NCBI GenBank assembly: GCA_963743305.1
Contig: CAVUPH010000007.1
Span: 128,001-192,000, forward strand
Source: an uncultured delta proteobacterium
GTDB taxonomy: Bacteria > Desulfobacterota > RBG-13-43-22
Direction of reading: 5' to 3'
Length of the DNA stretch: 64,000 nt
Below the pieces are notes generated by a model that did no database searches, was not told where the DNA came from, and saw only the letters and a program-made list of their open reading frames with translations. Shown here in pieces: positions 9,371-19,694 of this stretch. Every line of letters begins with the position of its first letter. Within the stretch, counting starts at the first letter, position 1. Position numbers and translations under genes: made by a program.

Positions 9371-10033
9371 CTAGGACAATTTTGGCCCGGCCGGTTTTAC
9401 GGCAAACACATAGGCTCTTCGGCTTTCGTACTCCACCCCGGGATAGGGTTCCCTTTCGATAACCTCTATCTTTTCAAATCCGCTGTTCTTTAGGCCACTG
9501 GCAATGAAATCGGTGGGAAAAAACCTGAAATCTATATCGATTTTCTGGCCGAGAAACTCGTCTAAGTGGATGGTCTCCTCCCCAACGTGGTAGGTGAGAA
9601 GGAATACACCGCCCGGCTGTAATACCCGAAAAACTTCACGGAAGGCCAGCCCAACCTGTTCCTTTGTGAAATGGGCGACAGCGTAAAAGGCGACAACACC
9701 GGCTATGGAGTCGGTTGCAAATTCAAGCGCAAGAATATTGCCCTTTTGGAAGTGTATCTCCGGGTGAATTGATCTGGCCTGTTCCAGAATTCCTTCCGAT
9801 AGATCCAGCCCGGAAATTTCAAGACCAAGGTTTTTCAGATAGTCGGCCGTTTGACCGGGACCGCAGCCGAAATCCCAGACCGGCTTTCTATGCCCGATTT
9901 CTTGCGAGAAGCGGCGGAGAATTTCCCGGTCTTTCGGTTTCTTTTCGTGTTCCCCGGAGAAGGCTTCGGCATATTCTTTGGCTATCTTATCGTACTGGAT
10001 CGCTACTGGGTCTATATCCTGTCCCATTGCCAT
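9371..10033 (-). CDS. class I SAM-dependent methyltransferase
   Basis: WDFGCGPG, GLDLS, RVLQPGG. Confidence 0.9.
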   Translation of the reverse strand: MAMGQDIDPVAIQYDKIAKEYAEAFSGEHEKKPKDREILRRFSQEIGHRKPVWDFGCGPGQTADYLKNLGLEISGLDLSEGILEQARSIHPEIHFQKGNILALEFATDSIAGVVAFYAVAHFTKEQVGLAFREVFRVLQPGGVFLLTYHVGEETIHLDEFLGQKIDIDFRFFPTDFIASGLKNSGFEKIEVIEREPYPGVEYESRRAYVFAVKPAGPKLS

Positions 10034-10079
10034 AGTCCAAGGCCCGAGACGAGGAAGGCGCCTTAGGCAATAACCTCAA

Positions 10080-10449
10080 TTAAATGGAATGCAAGCCGAT
10101 CATGTTCCCTTCGGTGTCGTATAGGAGGGAGATGAATCCATACTCGCCTATGGAGGTTTTGCGCTTTTGAATCCTGGCGCCGAGCTTTTCAGCACGGCCC
10201 TCTTCAACGGCGCAATCCTCACACGCGAAGTAGACGATGGTGCTGTTGCCCCCGGACGGGTAGCCCTCCATTCTGACCAAAGCCCCCGAGATCCCCATTT
10301 GATCCATCTGCATCGGAAAACTCCAGATCTCAACGTCCGGGGTATTGAGCCGTTCCAGCTTCACTTCGAAGACGTTTTCGTAGAACATTCCTGGCCCGAT
10401 TCATATCCTGAACATAAATCTCAAACCATCTCACCGGATTATGCGCCAT
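10080..10449 (-). pseudogene. VOC/glyoxalase family protein, frameshifted near 10389
   Basis: MAHNPVRWFEIYVQDMNRAR from ATG 10449 continues as MFYENVF...DTEGNMIGLHS only after removing one base. Confidence 0.8.
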
Positions 10450-10534
10450 GGGAGGTTTCCTTTCTTTCTTTTAAATGTTAGGTCAGACGTACTATCCCCC
10501 CGCTTGGGTTTCCAGGATTCGCCCTGTCCCTTCG

Positions 10535-12379
10535 TCATGGCTTTCTCAGGATCAGAGGCAACCCCAGTCGATGCGAATATAGCAGGTTTGCCGTCTCTAT
10601 GGTCAGGGTCAGGTTGTCGACGTAAAAACTGGTTATGTTCGCCCAGTCCGTTTTGGCGTGGAAACTGATGATGATAGGTATTCCGAAAAATTGGGAGGGA
10701 ATTTCCAGGCCGGGGGAGGACTTCCAGAAATCGGTCCAATCGAGGTTGCTTAAGATCAGCAGGTCCTGATAGACATAGATGTCATCCGCACGGGCTACTT
10801 CCACGTTCAGGTAATCCCAACTGAACCCGTCATTCTCCCAGGTATCGATGGCATACATGAACTTTAAGGTGGCCTTGGTGGCCGCAGCCGGAATGGTCAC
10901 CTCCTGAAACATGTAATCCAAGGCATCATCGTATCCTCCCAGCCAGGCCAGCCAGTTTCCCTGAAAGGCGCAATTGACTCCCGCCGGGCAGGGGACGACC
11001 CAGAAAATGAACCCGTTATCGATCCAGTTGCCGTCGTCGCCGTTTTCAAATCCCGGATTTTTCAGCAGATTGGTAAGGGTCCCGGAGCCGGTCTGAGAGA
11101 TGGCAATAGACTTGCTCGCGGCCGTAATAGTTCCGGTTCTGAGGATGCCCGAATTCGGGGAGACGGAATAAGTAACGGTCCCGGGACCGGTTCCGGAGGT
11201 ATTGGAGGTAAAGGTGATCCAGTTCACGTCCCTGGTGGTCGTCCAGGGGCAGCCGCTCTGGGTGTTTATGGTCAGGGTCCCTGGTCCGCCGCTGTCACCA
11301 TAATCCTGGTTGGAGGCCTGGATGGAATAGGTACAGGTCGGTGATCCGCCGCCGCTGAGCTGAACATCCAAGGTCTGCCAGAAAAAGGCGCCTAAGGGTT
11401 GGGCGTTGTAATAGTACTGGCAGTCGTAATTCAGGTTCATTCTGATACGGAACAGGCCGTTTGGGCGATTTCCCCCCGCGCCGGTCCCCCAACTGTTCAA
11501 CAGAAGCCAGGAGGGGTTGGCGGATCCGTCGTCGTATCCCAGAAGGACGACGGCGTGCCCCCCTCCTCCCCCTTGGGGATTGTAGATGGCCCCGCAATGA
11601 GCGCCCATGTCGAAAACCGCGTCTTCCCCCTGGTTGTTCCAAAAGTCGAAGAAGGTATTCCAGGCGGCCTGGTTGGGCAGAAAAAAACCGAACCAGATGG
11701 CTTTGCTCTGATTCAATACATTCTGGACATTGGTGATACTCGTTGATTGGTTCGACGACACCGGGACGGTAACCGGGGATATGGAATTGATGACGTAATT
11801 CGGAGTAGTGCCGATGGAGCCGCAGGAGACCAAACTCGAACCGGCTTCGCATTGCCGGTCCGCATCCGCGAAAAGGGCGTTGCCGTTTGTCCAGGGTACG
11901 GCGATCCCCCGCTGGCGGTACCAGTCGGCGAACATCTGCAGGGTCCCGCCGCAGCAGGCATATTGGTCCAGTTTACAGGAGTTCAGGAATTGGGTGGAAA
12001 GGCGGTCGGACACCCCGTTTTGAACGTGATGGGCGATCTCCAGGACCCCGGTGCCGGCCCAGTTCCAGCAATTGCCGCAGCTACCCTGTCTCCGCTCAGC
12101 GGGAACATAATTCAGATGGCTGAGCAGGCTCAGCGAAGTCCCCAGGTTGGCGTCTCTCAGCAGGCGGAGGTTTTTTTGAATTCCGGCATCGAGGTGGGCC
12201 AACGGCGTGGACTTATACTGCCGGATCCACTCCAGCAGGGTCTCCGGATCGGGACGCATGATCGAGGCGTTTTTGATTTCGAAATCCGGGGCCGGTTTCT
12301 CCTGGCCCTGGACGGAGGAGAGGCTGGACAAAACCAGCAAAACCATTATCCAATAAAGGGCTGCTTTTTTCATGGGCAT
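10535..12379 (-). CDS. secreted papain-like (C1) cysteine peptidase with BACON and C-terminal beta-sandwich domains
   Basis: Signal peptide; QGSCGNCW, GHAV, NSWG catalytic motifs; BACON-like CTYSI...CPWT...WIT...RTGTIT; NLLKNPGFE domain start. Confidence 0.85.
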   Translation of the reverse strand: MPMKKAALYWIMVLLVLSSLSSVQGQEKPAPDFEIKNASIMRPDPETLLEWIRQYKSTPLAHLDAGIQKNLRLLRDANLGTSLSLLSHLNYVPAERRQGSCGNCWNWAGTGVLEIAHHVQNGVSDRLSTQFLNSCKLDQYACCGGTLQMFADWYRQRGIAVPWTNGNALFADADRQCEAGSSLVSCGSIGTTPNYVINSISPVTVPVSSNQSTSITNVQNVLNQSKAIWFGFFLPNQAAWNTFFDFWNNQGEDAVFDMGAHCGAIYNPQGGGGGHAVVLLGYDDGSANPSWLLLNSWGTGAGGNRPNGLFRIRMNLNYDCQYYYNAQPLGAFFWQTLDVQLSGGGSPTCTYSIQASNQDYGDSGGPGTLTINTQSGCPWTTTRDVNWITFTSNTSGTGPGTVTYSVSPNSGILRTGTITAASKSIAISQTGSGTLTNLLKNPGFENGDDGNWIDNGFIFWVVPCPAGVNCAFQGNWLAWLGGYDDALDYMFQEVTIPAAATKATLKFMYAIDTWENDGFSWDYLNVEVARADDIYVYQDLLILSNLDWTDFWKSSPGLEIPSQFFGIPIIISFHAKTDWANITSFYVDNLTLTIETANLLYSHRLGLPLILRKP

Positions 12380-12406
12380 TCTCCCGATGGAAGGTTTTAA
12401 ATTAAA

Positions 12407-12895
12407 TTATCTGGTTCCGTAGTCGCTCAGGTCAATCCCGGCCAACTCAAACAGGGTCGGGGTGCAGGTCCCCTGGATGATGACCTGCAGCAGGCACTCA
12501 AAAATACGGCCCGTTTCGATTTTGTATTTTTCAAGGAATTTTTTACTGAGATAAGTTCCGTTTTTCATGGTCAGCAAAAATATCCTCCCTTCCGTTTGGG
12601 CGAAGGGTTCGATAATTTTACCCTCGGGTTGAAAAGAGTACCTTACCTCAAACGTTGTTTCGGTTTTTTCGGGTGAGATTATCGGTTGGATGGAGATGAT
12701 TTGGGCTCGGCCTGGGTAACTCTTGTATTTGCAGGGACCGCCCATTACCGGGCCCCCCGCCGCGGCGGCTCCCAGGTCTCCAGGACCGGGGACGGTCAGT
12801 CCCCAAAAAAGAAGACCAAGGGTGAGGATGGACGGAAGGGACCTGGATATGTAGCACATTTCCATATAAACCCCCTTTGGCCCACGGCGGGCCAA
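12407..12895 (-). CDS. hypothetical exported protein
   Basis: 162-aa ORF with hydrophobic N-terminus and Cys motifs GGPCKY and GTCTP; co-oriented with the peptidase. Start uncertain. Confidence 0.65.
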   Translation of the reverse strand: MARRGPKGVYMEMCYISRSLPSILTLGLLFWGLTVPGPGDLGAAAAGGPVMGGPCKYKSYPGRAQIISIQPIISPEKTETTFEVRYSFQPEGKIIEPFAQTEGRIFLLTMKNGTYLSKKFLEKYKIETGRIFECLLQVIIQGTCTPTLFELAGIDLSDYGTR

Positions 12896-13127
12896 CCCAA
12901 GCCTGAAAATACAATTTTTTTATCGTTTAAGTTGTTGCGAGGAGTGAAACAATGATTAATTAGATATATTATACAACATATAATATACCAAAAAAAAACT
13001 AAAAAGTCGAATTTGGGGGATATTTCATTCGGACCTTGACAGATTACCCGGCGGCTGATTAAATCATTTTTGCCAGGGGCTTGAGATTAGCAAGAATCCA
13101 AAGAAGTCAGATAGGGGGAATTTCCGG

Positions 13128-15155
13128 ATGAAACCGACCAATAATGCTTTTATAAAAAATGAAATCGATACGTTATCCATAAATCTCATCCGAATGTTGA
13201 GCGCCGATGCCGTACAGCAGGCCAACTCCGGCCACCCGGGGTTGCCCATGGGGGCGGCGCCCATGGCCTATGTGCTTTGGACGCGCTTTCTGAAGCACAA
13301 TCCGGCCAACCCGAAGTGGTTTGACCGGGACCGGTTTGTTCTTTCGGCCGGTCATGGGTCCATGCTGCTTTACAGCCTTCTTTTTCTGACCGGCTATGGT
13401 CTGACCTTAGACGATTTGAAAGCCTTTCGCCAATGGGGCAGCAAGACTCCGGGACACCCGGAATACGGTCATACCCCCGGAGTGGAAACCACCACCGGTC
13501 CTTTGGGGCAGGGTTTGGCCAATGGGGTGGGGATGGCCATGGCCGAAGCCTTTTTAGCGGCCCGTTTCAATCGTCCCGGTTTCCCCTTGGTGGACCATTA
13601 TACTTACGGGATTGTGAGCGACGGCGATTTGATGGAAGGGGTGTCTCACGAGGCGGCCTCCCTGGCCGGACACCTGAAGCTGGGCAAGCTGATTTATCTG
13701 TACGATGATAATCATATTTCCATCGAGGGTGGTACGGGCATCGCCTTCACCGAAGACCGGCTGAAGCGGTTTGAGGCGTATGAATGGCACGTGCAGCAGG
13801 TGGAAGACGGCAATGATTTGGAGGCCATCACCCGGGCCATCCAGGCCGCCCAAAAGGAAACGCAACGCCCTTCCCTGATCGCCGTCCGGACGATGATCGG
13901 CTGGGGAAGTCCCAACAAGCAGAATAAGGCCTCGGCCCACGGGGAACCCTTGGGGGTGGAGGAAGTAGGCCTGACCAAGGCCAACTTGTGCTGGCCGGCG
14001 GAACCCTCGTTTTGCGTGCCCGAACCGGCGCTGGCGGTTTTTCGGCAAGCGGTAGATCAGGGGAAGAAAATCGAAAACGAGTGGTCCTCCCTGGAGCATT
14101 CGTATGAACAGCTTTTCCCGGAACCGGCCCGTGAATTCAAACAGACCCTCCGGGGTGAACTGCCGAAAGGCTGGGACGCAGACATCCCTTCCTTCCCGGC
14201 CGATCCCCAGGGCACGGCCACCCGCAACACCTCGGGCAAGGTGCTGAACGCCCTCGCCGCCCGGATTCCGTATCTGCTTGGCGGCTCGGCCGATCTGGCC
14301 CCTTCCACAAAAACGTTGATCGCCGGCTCCCAGGATTTTACCAGTGGGCAGTTCGATCAGCGCAATATCCATTTCGGCGTCCGGGAACACGGTATGGGTT
14401 CGATCCTGAACGGAATGGCCCTGCATGGCGGCGTGATCCCTTATGGAGCCACCTTTTTGATCTTCTCCGATTACATGCGGCCGCCCATGCGGCTGGCGGC
14501 CATGATGGGTTTGAAGGTGATTTATGTCTTTACCCACGACAGCATCGGTTTGGGTGAGGACGGCCCGACCCATCAGCCTATCGAACAATTGGCCGGCCTC
14601 CGCTCCGTTCCCAACTTGACGGTCATCCGCCCGGCCGATGCCAACGAAACGGCCGAGGCCTGGCGTCAGGCCATCCGGCTCGATGGACCGGTTGCCCTGA
14701 TCCTGACCCGGCAAAATGTCCCGACCTTGGACCGGACCCGGACGAATCCGGCTTCCGGCCTGGCCCGGGGCGGGTATGTCGTCAATAGATTGGAGGGGAA
14801 AAAGCCGGCGATCATCCTGATCGGGACCGGCTCCGAGCTGTCTCTGGCTTTGGAAGCGGCGGCCCAACTGGAGGCCCGGGGGAAAACGGTCCAGGTGGTC
14901 AGTCTGCCGAGCTGGGAATTGTTTGATCGTCAGCCCCAATCCTATCGGGATGAAGTGCTGCCCCCGACCGTCAAGGCCCGGGTGTCGATCGAGGCCGGCA
15001 GCCCCCAGGGCTGGGAACGCTACGTGGGGGACCAGGGCCGAATCATCGGCCTCGATCACTTCGGCGCCTCGGCTCCCTACAAGATTCTCTATCAACAGTT
15101 CGGGATAACGGTGGAGCGGCTGGTCGAAGCGGCCCTGCAGGTATCGGAGGGATAA
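13128..15155 (+). CDS. tkt: transketolase
   Basis: [50 protein letters not shown]. Confidence 0.98.
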   Translation: MKPTNNAFIKNEIDTLSINLIRMLSADAVQQANSGHPGLPMGAAPMAYVLWTRFLKHNPANPKWFDRDRFVLSAGHGSMLLYSLLFLTGYGLTLDDLKAFRQWGSKTPGHPEYGHTPGVETTTGPLGQGLANGVGMAMAEAFLAARFNRPGFPLVDHYTYGIVSDGDLMEGVSHEAASLAGHLKLGKLIYLYDDNHISIEGGTGIAFTEDRLKRFEAYEWHVQQVEDGNDLEAITRAIQAAQKETQRPSLIAVRTMIGWGSPNKQNKASAHGEPLGVEEVGLTKANLCWPAEPSFCVPEPALAVFRQAVDQGKKIENEWSSLEHSYEQLFPEPAREFKQTLRGELPKGWDADIPSFPADPQGTATRNTSGKVLNALAARIPYLLGGSADLAPSTKTLIAGSQDFTSGQFDQRNIHFGVREHGMGSILNGMALHGGVIPYGATFLIFSDYMRPPMRLAAMMGLKVIYVFTHDSIGLGEDGPTHQPIEQLAGLRSVPNLTVIRPADANETAEAWRQAIRLDGPVALILTRQNVPTLDRTRTNPASGLARGGYVVNRLEGKKPAIILIGTGSELSLALEAAAQLEARGKTVQVVSLPSWELFDRQPQSYRDEVLPPTVKARVSIEAGSPQGWERYVGDQGRIIGLDHFGASAPYKILYQQFGITVERLVEAALQVSEG

Positions 15156-15261
15156 GATTCACCTCGAAATACCCACTTCCGACTATTTACTTTTTCCCCA
15201 TCGGCCGGTATTATATTGAAATCTACTAAGGGAAAAAACCAGTTAGCGAAGGGAGAAAACC

Positions 15262-15540
15262 ATGGAGGAAAAGGAAAAATACAGAGCCCAAGTACAAGCC
15301 CAAATGATTAAATTCCACGAAACCCTATCCGAAATCAAATTGAAGATGCAGCAGAGGAACGAAAACCAACCGAATCTGTCCCTGGATCCCTTCATTCAGA
15401 AACATGAAAGGGCCCAGGCCAAGTTGAAGGAATTGGAGCAGGCCGATGAAAAGAGTTGGCCCGTGGCCAAAGCCGAACTGGACGACATGATGGGCGACAT
15501 GGACGCCGAACTGAGGAAGGCCTGGGCCTATTTACCTTAA
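15262..15540 (+). CDS. small coiled-coil protein (sll1863-like)
   Basis: 92 aa, helical and charged, AKLKELEQADEKSW pattern; GGGAG RBS. Confidence 0.65.
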   Translation: MEEKEKYRAQVQAQMIKFHETLSEIKLKMQQRNENQPNLSLDPFIQKHERAQAKLKELEQADEKSWPVAKAELDDMMGDMDAELRKAWAYLP

Positions 15541-15597
15541 ACTAAGTTGGTGTTCAGCAGGGGGTTGAGGGACCAGAGGGTATCCCTTAGCATAGGA

Positions 15598-16359
15598 TCA
15601 TCCCGGCAACGATTGTTTGGCTGCATTCCAGGCTTTTCTCAGCAGGTCAAGTGACCCCGGCCGAGTCTCGGTCCGGAAGCCGAACATCCGATTGAATTCC
15701 TCGATATTGTCTCGCATGGCTTTCTCGGAAAGGAGGCCGTTGGGTATGAGGAGGGAACGTTCATAACCGGAGTCGCTGAAGAGGCGGCCGGCCAATTCCT
15801 CGCTCCAGCCGCCCGCCTCTTTTCTGAAGATGTTTTTCCAATGCCGGGTCCAGCCTGGGATCATGAAGAATGTCCCGGCCACCCGGCACTGCTCTTGGTA
15901 ATAGTTTTCCCGCCCGCCGATGATCAGCCCTACGCAGTCATCCACCGGGTGATCCTCATCCCAGGGAATAAATACCGGCACTCCGGAATCGGCCAGCAAG
16001 GCCGCCGGGTCGGCCAGGGCGTTGCCGCAGAGGCCGTAGCCCAGCAGGAGGGCATCCACCCGGGGGCCCATTTCCTTTGCCGCCGCGGCCAGCCCTTCCT
16101 GGAGCAGACGTTTCCGGCTGTGCAGGCCTAGTTCCAGGACCCGGATCAGCACCTCCAACCCGTTATCCGCATCTCGAACAAATTCTTCGGATCCTTTTAT
16201 CCGTCGGGGACGGAGGCCCGATTCTTCCAGCAGGGCGGTCAACGTTCGGGAGTAATCATTCTCGACCACGGTTACCCGGGTGATTTCCGGGTCCGAGACC
16301 AGCAGATGCGCGAATTCCAGTTCGAGTATCTCACAGGTAAGAATACCAAGGGTAGGCAT
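15598..16359 (-). CDS. DUF1638 domain protein
   Basis: LELGLH, LLGYGLCGN, VDDCVGLIIGG, GTFFMIPGW. Confidence 0.85.
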   Translation of the reverse strand: MPTLGILTCEILELEFAHLLVSDPEITRVTVVENDYSRTLTALLEESGLRPRRIKGSEEFVRDADNGLEVLIRVLELGLHSRKRLLQEGLAAAAKEMGPRVDALLLGYGLCGNALADPAALLADSGVPVFIPWDEDHPVDDCVGLIIGGRENYYQEQCRVAGTFFMIPGWTRHWKNIFRKEAGGWSEELAGRLFSDSGYERSLLIPNGLLSEKAMRDNIEEFNRMFGFRTETRPGSLDLLRKAWNAAKQSLPG

Positions 16360-16365
16360 GATTTT

Positions 16366-16563
16366 TTATTCGGAGAGTATGACCTTAACCCGGCCGACCA
16401 GCCCGCCGATCAGTCGCACTTTTATCCCGTGGGGGTGAGTGGGCGAGTGGGTGAGAATCTCCTGGACGATTCCTTCGGTCAGTTTCCCGGAACCCTGGTC
16501 CTGTTTCTGCACTACCTGAACCCGAATTCCCGGTTGGATATCAGTTCTCTTTTTGCCGTCCAT
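16366..16563 (-). CDS. YwbE/DUF2196 family protein
   Basis: KQDQGSGKLTEGIV, ILT, HPHGIKVRL, VGRV. Confidence 0.9.
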   Translation of the reverse strand: MDGKKRTDIQPGIRVQVVQKQDQGSGKLTEGIVQEILTHSPTHPHGIKVRLIGGLVGRVKVILSE

Positions 16564-16607
16564 GGCTGAAGCTATCTAGGTTATTCCCAGGCCGACAGAA
16601 AACCTCG

Positions 16608-16958
16608 CTATAGCCATTCCACTGTCACAAGACTACCCAATTTTTTGAATTCGGGGTCCGCGGTGAGGATGGAGGCCTGGAAGCGGATAGCCGTGGCGGC
16701 GGCGAAGCAATCGGCATAAGAAATGGGGTGCCGGGCCTTGATTTCTGCCGCTTTCCAGATAAGGTCGCTGTCGGGGAGGACAAGTTCAATGAGTAGACGC
16801 AGGAAGTTTTCAAGAAATATTTTCGCTTCCGGCAGGCCGGACCGGCGGATTACCAAATAATAGACTTCCCCCAGATTGATCTGGTTCATATAGCCATTGA
16901 GGGATTGATCCCGGCAGGCCATCAACAGAGAGCGGACTCGCTGATAGCCTTTTTCCTT
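16608..16958 (-). pseudogene. vapC: VapC (PIN) toxin lacking its N-terminus
   Basis: KEKGYQRVRSLL...INLGEVYY...ISYADCFAAA...ILTADPEF present. The first beta strand with its acidic residue is missing, and an in-frame stop lies just upstream. Confidence 0.75.
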
Positions 16959-17167
16959 TCCTCGATCAATTCGTCAGCCAAGGACCCCGGCCGGTCTCTT
17001 AAAAAGCCGGTGAGGAATTCGATGGGATCGTCCGGAAGCGCTCGGATTTCCACATGATCGTCCACCCATTTAACGGATAGCGATTTACCTGGAGTAGCAC
17101 CCATTTTATTTCGTATTTCTTTTGGCAAAACAATTTGACCTTTAGAGTATGTTTTGACGATTGGTAT
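16922..17167 (-). pseudogene. AbrB/MazE-family antitoxin with ATA at the expected start
   Basis: GGAGG, 9 nt, then ATA CCA ATC GTC... = (I)PIVKTYSKGQIVLPKEIR, the AbrB signature KGQIVLPKEIR. Confidence 0.75.
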
Positions 17168-17219
17168 TTTAAATATCCTCCCATAAGGAGGAAGACAGGG
17201 TCCCTTGCAGAAATAGTAA

Positions 17220-17262
17220 TAATTCAGGCCGGTTTAATAATAATAAAGCCCGGCCTGAATTA
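17220..17262. terminator. hairpin, probable terminator
   Basis: TAATTCAGGCCGG ... CCGGCCTGAATTA 13-bp inverted repeat downstream of the 17539-17889 gene. Confidence 0.55.
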
Positions 17263-17522
17263 ACCTGCACATTGCATAAAAAACAGGGCGGAAAACTATA
17301 TGGGCTAATATCCATGGGGGTTCCCCGGGAATTTTCTTTCTTTTAAGAAATTCACCTGGGGTGAACTATAGTTTTCATCAAGTTCCACCCTGTTTTTTAC
17401 CCTCCGGGAAAGCCGTGTGAGGCCTCATCTCCTTTGTTGTCAAGGGCTCGCGGTATACGTATACAGCTTCGCCCTTGACGCCTCGGATCTGAGGCCTCCT
17501 CGGCTTTTGCAACATCCAGGTT
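17262..17522. mobile_element. 261-bp MITE-like structured repeat, copy 2
   Basis: Same length and orientation as 1586-1846. Ends read ATT-AACCTG...CAGGTT-AAT. Confidence 0.8.
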
Positions 17523-17538
17523 AATTACCTTCTGCAAG

Positions 17539-17889
17539 TTATGCCCGGTTATAAGTAGCCGACCCCCCTCCTGAATTCAGCGTGAAACTATTGACCGCCG
17601 TGGCGGTCAGATTAATAGTGGCCGGCTGGGCGGATCCCGTAGAAATCGTTACCTGGGTCCCCGATTGAGTCCAGGTGAAGTTTGAATTGATACTCCCTTG
17701 GTAAGAGCCGGTTCCATTTGAATTGAAGACAATGGTTGGAGGAAAATTCCCATTGGAATTGGTCAATTTCCAGGTGCCGATTAATGTGGAGGAAGCGTCT
17801 CCTCCGCTGTTCGTGCCGCTGCTGCTGCAACCCATTCCCAGAGCCAAAACCAGAACCAAAGTCACTAATAAATAAATTTTCAAACGCAT
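17539..17889 (-). CDS. small lipoprotein (lipocalin-like beta domain)
   Basis: Lipobox-like LGMGC, Ser/Gly linker, LIGTWKL; GGAGG RBS. Confidence 0.75.
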   Translation of the reverse strand: MRLKIYLLVTLVLVLALGMGCSSSGTNSGGDASSTLIGTWKLTNSNGNFPPTIVFNSNGTGSYQGSINSNFTWTQSGTQVTISTGSAQPATINLTATAVNSFTLNSGGGSATYNRA

Positions 17890-17917
17890 CTCTTTTTCCT
17901 CCTCCTTTTTTTTAAAA

Positions 17918-18640
17918 TCACGGGTTGACTGATTTATTTCCCTCGAGGGTTAAAACCTGTATTTCGGCATAATCACCAATGGCGTGCGATTGGGTATCGT
18001 CCGAGTCGGTTAATACCGCCAATCCGGAGGTTGTCGGACTTCTTTCGGCCTCGCCGTAGAGCTCGCGATAATCGGCAAGCACATTCCTCCTTTCGTTCAC
18101 CCAGGCCCCCTGGCGGGACCGTCCGCTACGAACCACTACGATTTTGGTCGTCGAGGAATACGGGGAGGCAAAGGTGGTCCCGGCCGGAAGCGCGTCACTC
18201 CAGATATATTTGATCGTTTTGATAAAGGGCCAATGGCCGAAAACCACGTACAGACCGAGGACGCTGTCGTTTCGGCTTTTTTCCCGTTCGTTGCTGTTAA
18301 CCGGGAAAACCACGGCCCGCCACTGCCATTGCAACAGGGGAAATTCCCGCAGGGCCCAGGGACGTTCGTAGCCCAGTTGGTCTCTCGTACCCTTGGCGTC
18401 CGCATGGAGAAACCGTTTGCCATTCTCTGCCTGGACCGTATAGACCCGGTTGGCGCTTTTCTCGTCCCACGATATCCAACCTGAAGGCAGCTTGCCGATC
18501 TCCTCGGCCTGAAAGTTTATCCGGAACGGGGTCTGGGCGAACAGCCTGGTTGAACATCCCAGGAAGATGATCAGGATCATCATCCCCATCTGTTCGTGCC
18601 GAGTGTAAATCCGCCCCCTTGGCCGGTGGGTTTTATTCAT
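17918..18640 (-). CDS. DUF3047 domain protein
   Basis: LQWQWR, IKYIWS, WVNERRNVLADY, LTDSDDT. Confidence 0.85.
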   Translation of the reverse strand: MNKTHRPRGRIYTRHEQMGMMILIIFLGCSTRLFAQTPFRINFQAEEIGKLPSGWISWDEKSANRVYTVQAENGKRFLHADAKGTRDQLGYERPWALREFPLLQWQWRAVVFPVNSNEREKSRNDSVLGLYVVFGHWPFIKTIKYIWSDALPAGTTFASPYSSTTKIVVVRSGRSRQGAWVNERRNVLADYRELYGEAERSPTTSGLAVLTDSDDTQSHAIGDYAEIQVLTLEGNKSVNP

Positions 18641-18853
18641 AAGGTCAACTTAAAAAACAACCCTGGAAAGAATTCCCGGTCGATTGAGAAGGATTGGATT
18701 TTAAGGCAAATCCAGTGATTAAAAGCCAGCGCCTGGATAAAATCCTTTGGTTGAAAAATTCCATTTGAATTAATTTCTATACTCAATTACCGTGATTCTC
18801 AAGAATTTTTTCTAATAAAACAGAAATACGAATTAAATGGAGGCCTGTTTCAA

Positions 18854-19669
18854 ATGCCAAAAAGAACTATCACCCTGGTTTCGTTACTCATTCTGAACCT
18901 CTTCACCTGGACCGCCGCCTGGGTCTGGGCGGCTCCGTTATCTCTGGACCAGAACATCAAGGCGATTTTGGCTAAACAGACCGAAGTCAGAAACGGATTT
19001 GATTTCGTGGCCCTGGGGGACAGCCGGGACGGTGCGGACGTTTACGCCCGCTTGTTAACCCGGGTCAAGAGTCTCCATCCTCTTTTTATCCTCCATACGG
19101 GAGATTTTGTAAAAAGTGGGGACCCGGTCGAATATGAAAACTATAGTAAACAGATCGCCGCACTGGATATCCCGATAGTGCACCTTCCGGGAAATCATGA
19201 CGTCCGTGCCGGGCACGATATCTATCGCCAATATGTGGGAGAAGCTAACTGGTATTTCGACCTGGGGGATATCCGTTTCATCGGCTTGGATAACGGAAGT
19301 GGAAAGTTCACAGCGGAGGCCTTGGCCTTAGCCCGGCATGCGCTCACCAGCCAAAAAACCTGTCTGGTAGCCTTCCATTACCCTCCGGCAGTAGGCCGTT
19401 GGAGCGTTCACGCCATGATCGACGATCAAAAAGGAGGGCAGGGCGGATTGGTATTGGATTTAATAAAAAAAGCCAAAGTGCCCCTGGTCTTACTCGGGCA
19501 TATCCATCTCTATGATGAAATGGACATCGACGGCACCCAGTACGTCATTACCGCCGGAGGAGGCGCCAGGCTCTACAGTAAATATAATTTCGGAAAAGCG
19601 GAATACGGTTTTCTTCTCGTCCAGGTAAGGCCCCAGGGGATCACCCACCGCTGGGTGCCTTTGGACTAA
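18854..19669 (+). CDS. secreted calcineurin-like metallophosphoesterase
   Basis: GDSR, HTGDFV, PGNHD, FHYP, GHIH, ITAGGG. Confidence 0.9.
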   Translation: MPKRTITLVSLLILNLFTWTAAWVWAAPLSLDQNIKAILAKQTEVRNGFDFVALGDSRDGADVYARLLTRVKSLHPLFILHTGDFVKSGDPVEYENYSKQIAALDIPIVHLPGNHDVRAGHDIYRQYVGEANWYFDLGDIRFIGLDNGSGKFTAEALALARHALTSQKTCLVAFHYPPAVGRWSVHAMIDDQKGGQGGLVLDLIKKAKVPLVLLGHIHLYDEMDIDGTQYVITAGGGARLYSKYNFGKAEYGFLLVQVRPQGITHRWVPLD

Positions 19670-19694
19670 CCCTTCGTTTCAGTCCCTTCGCTCC

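Noticed and set aside
13554-15095. 513-aa antisense ORF, and similar long shadow ORFs at 1857, 20622, 51965, 56406 and 63062
   Set aside because: They lie opposite well-supported genes, lack motifs, and are expected from GC-rich codon usage.
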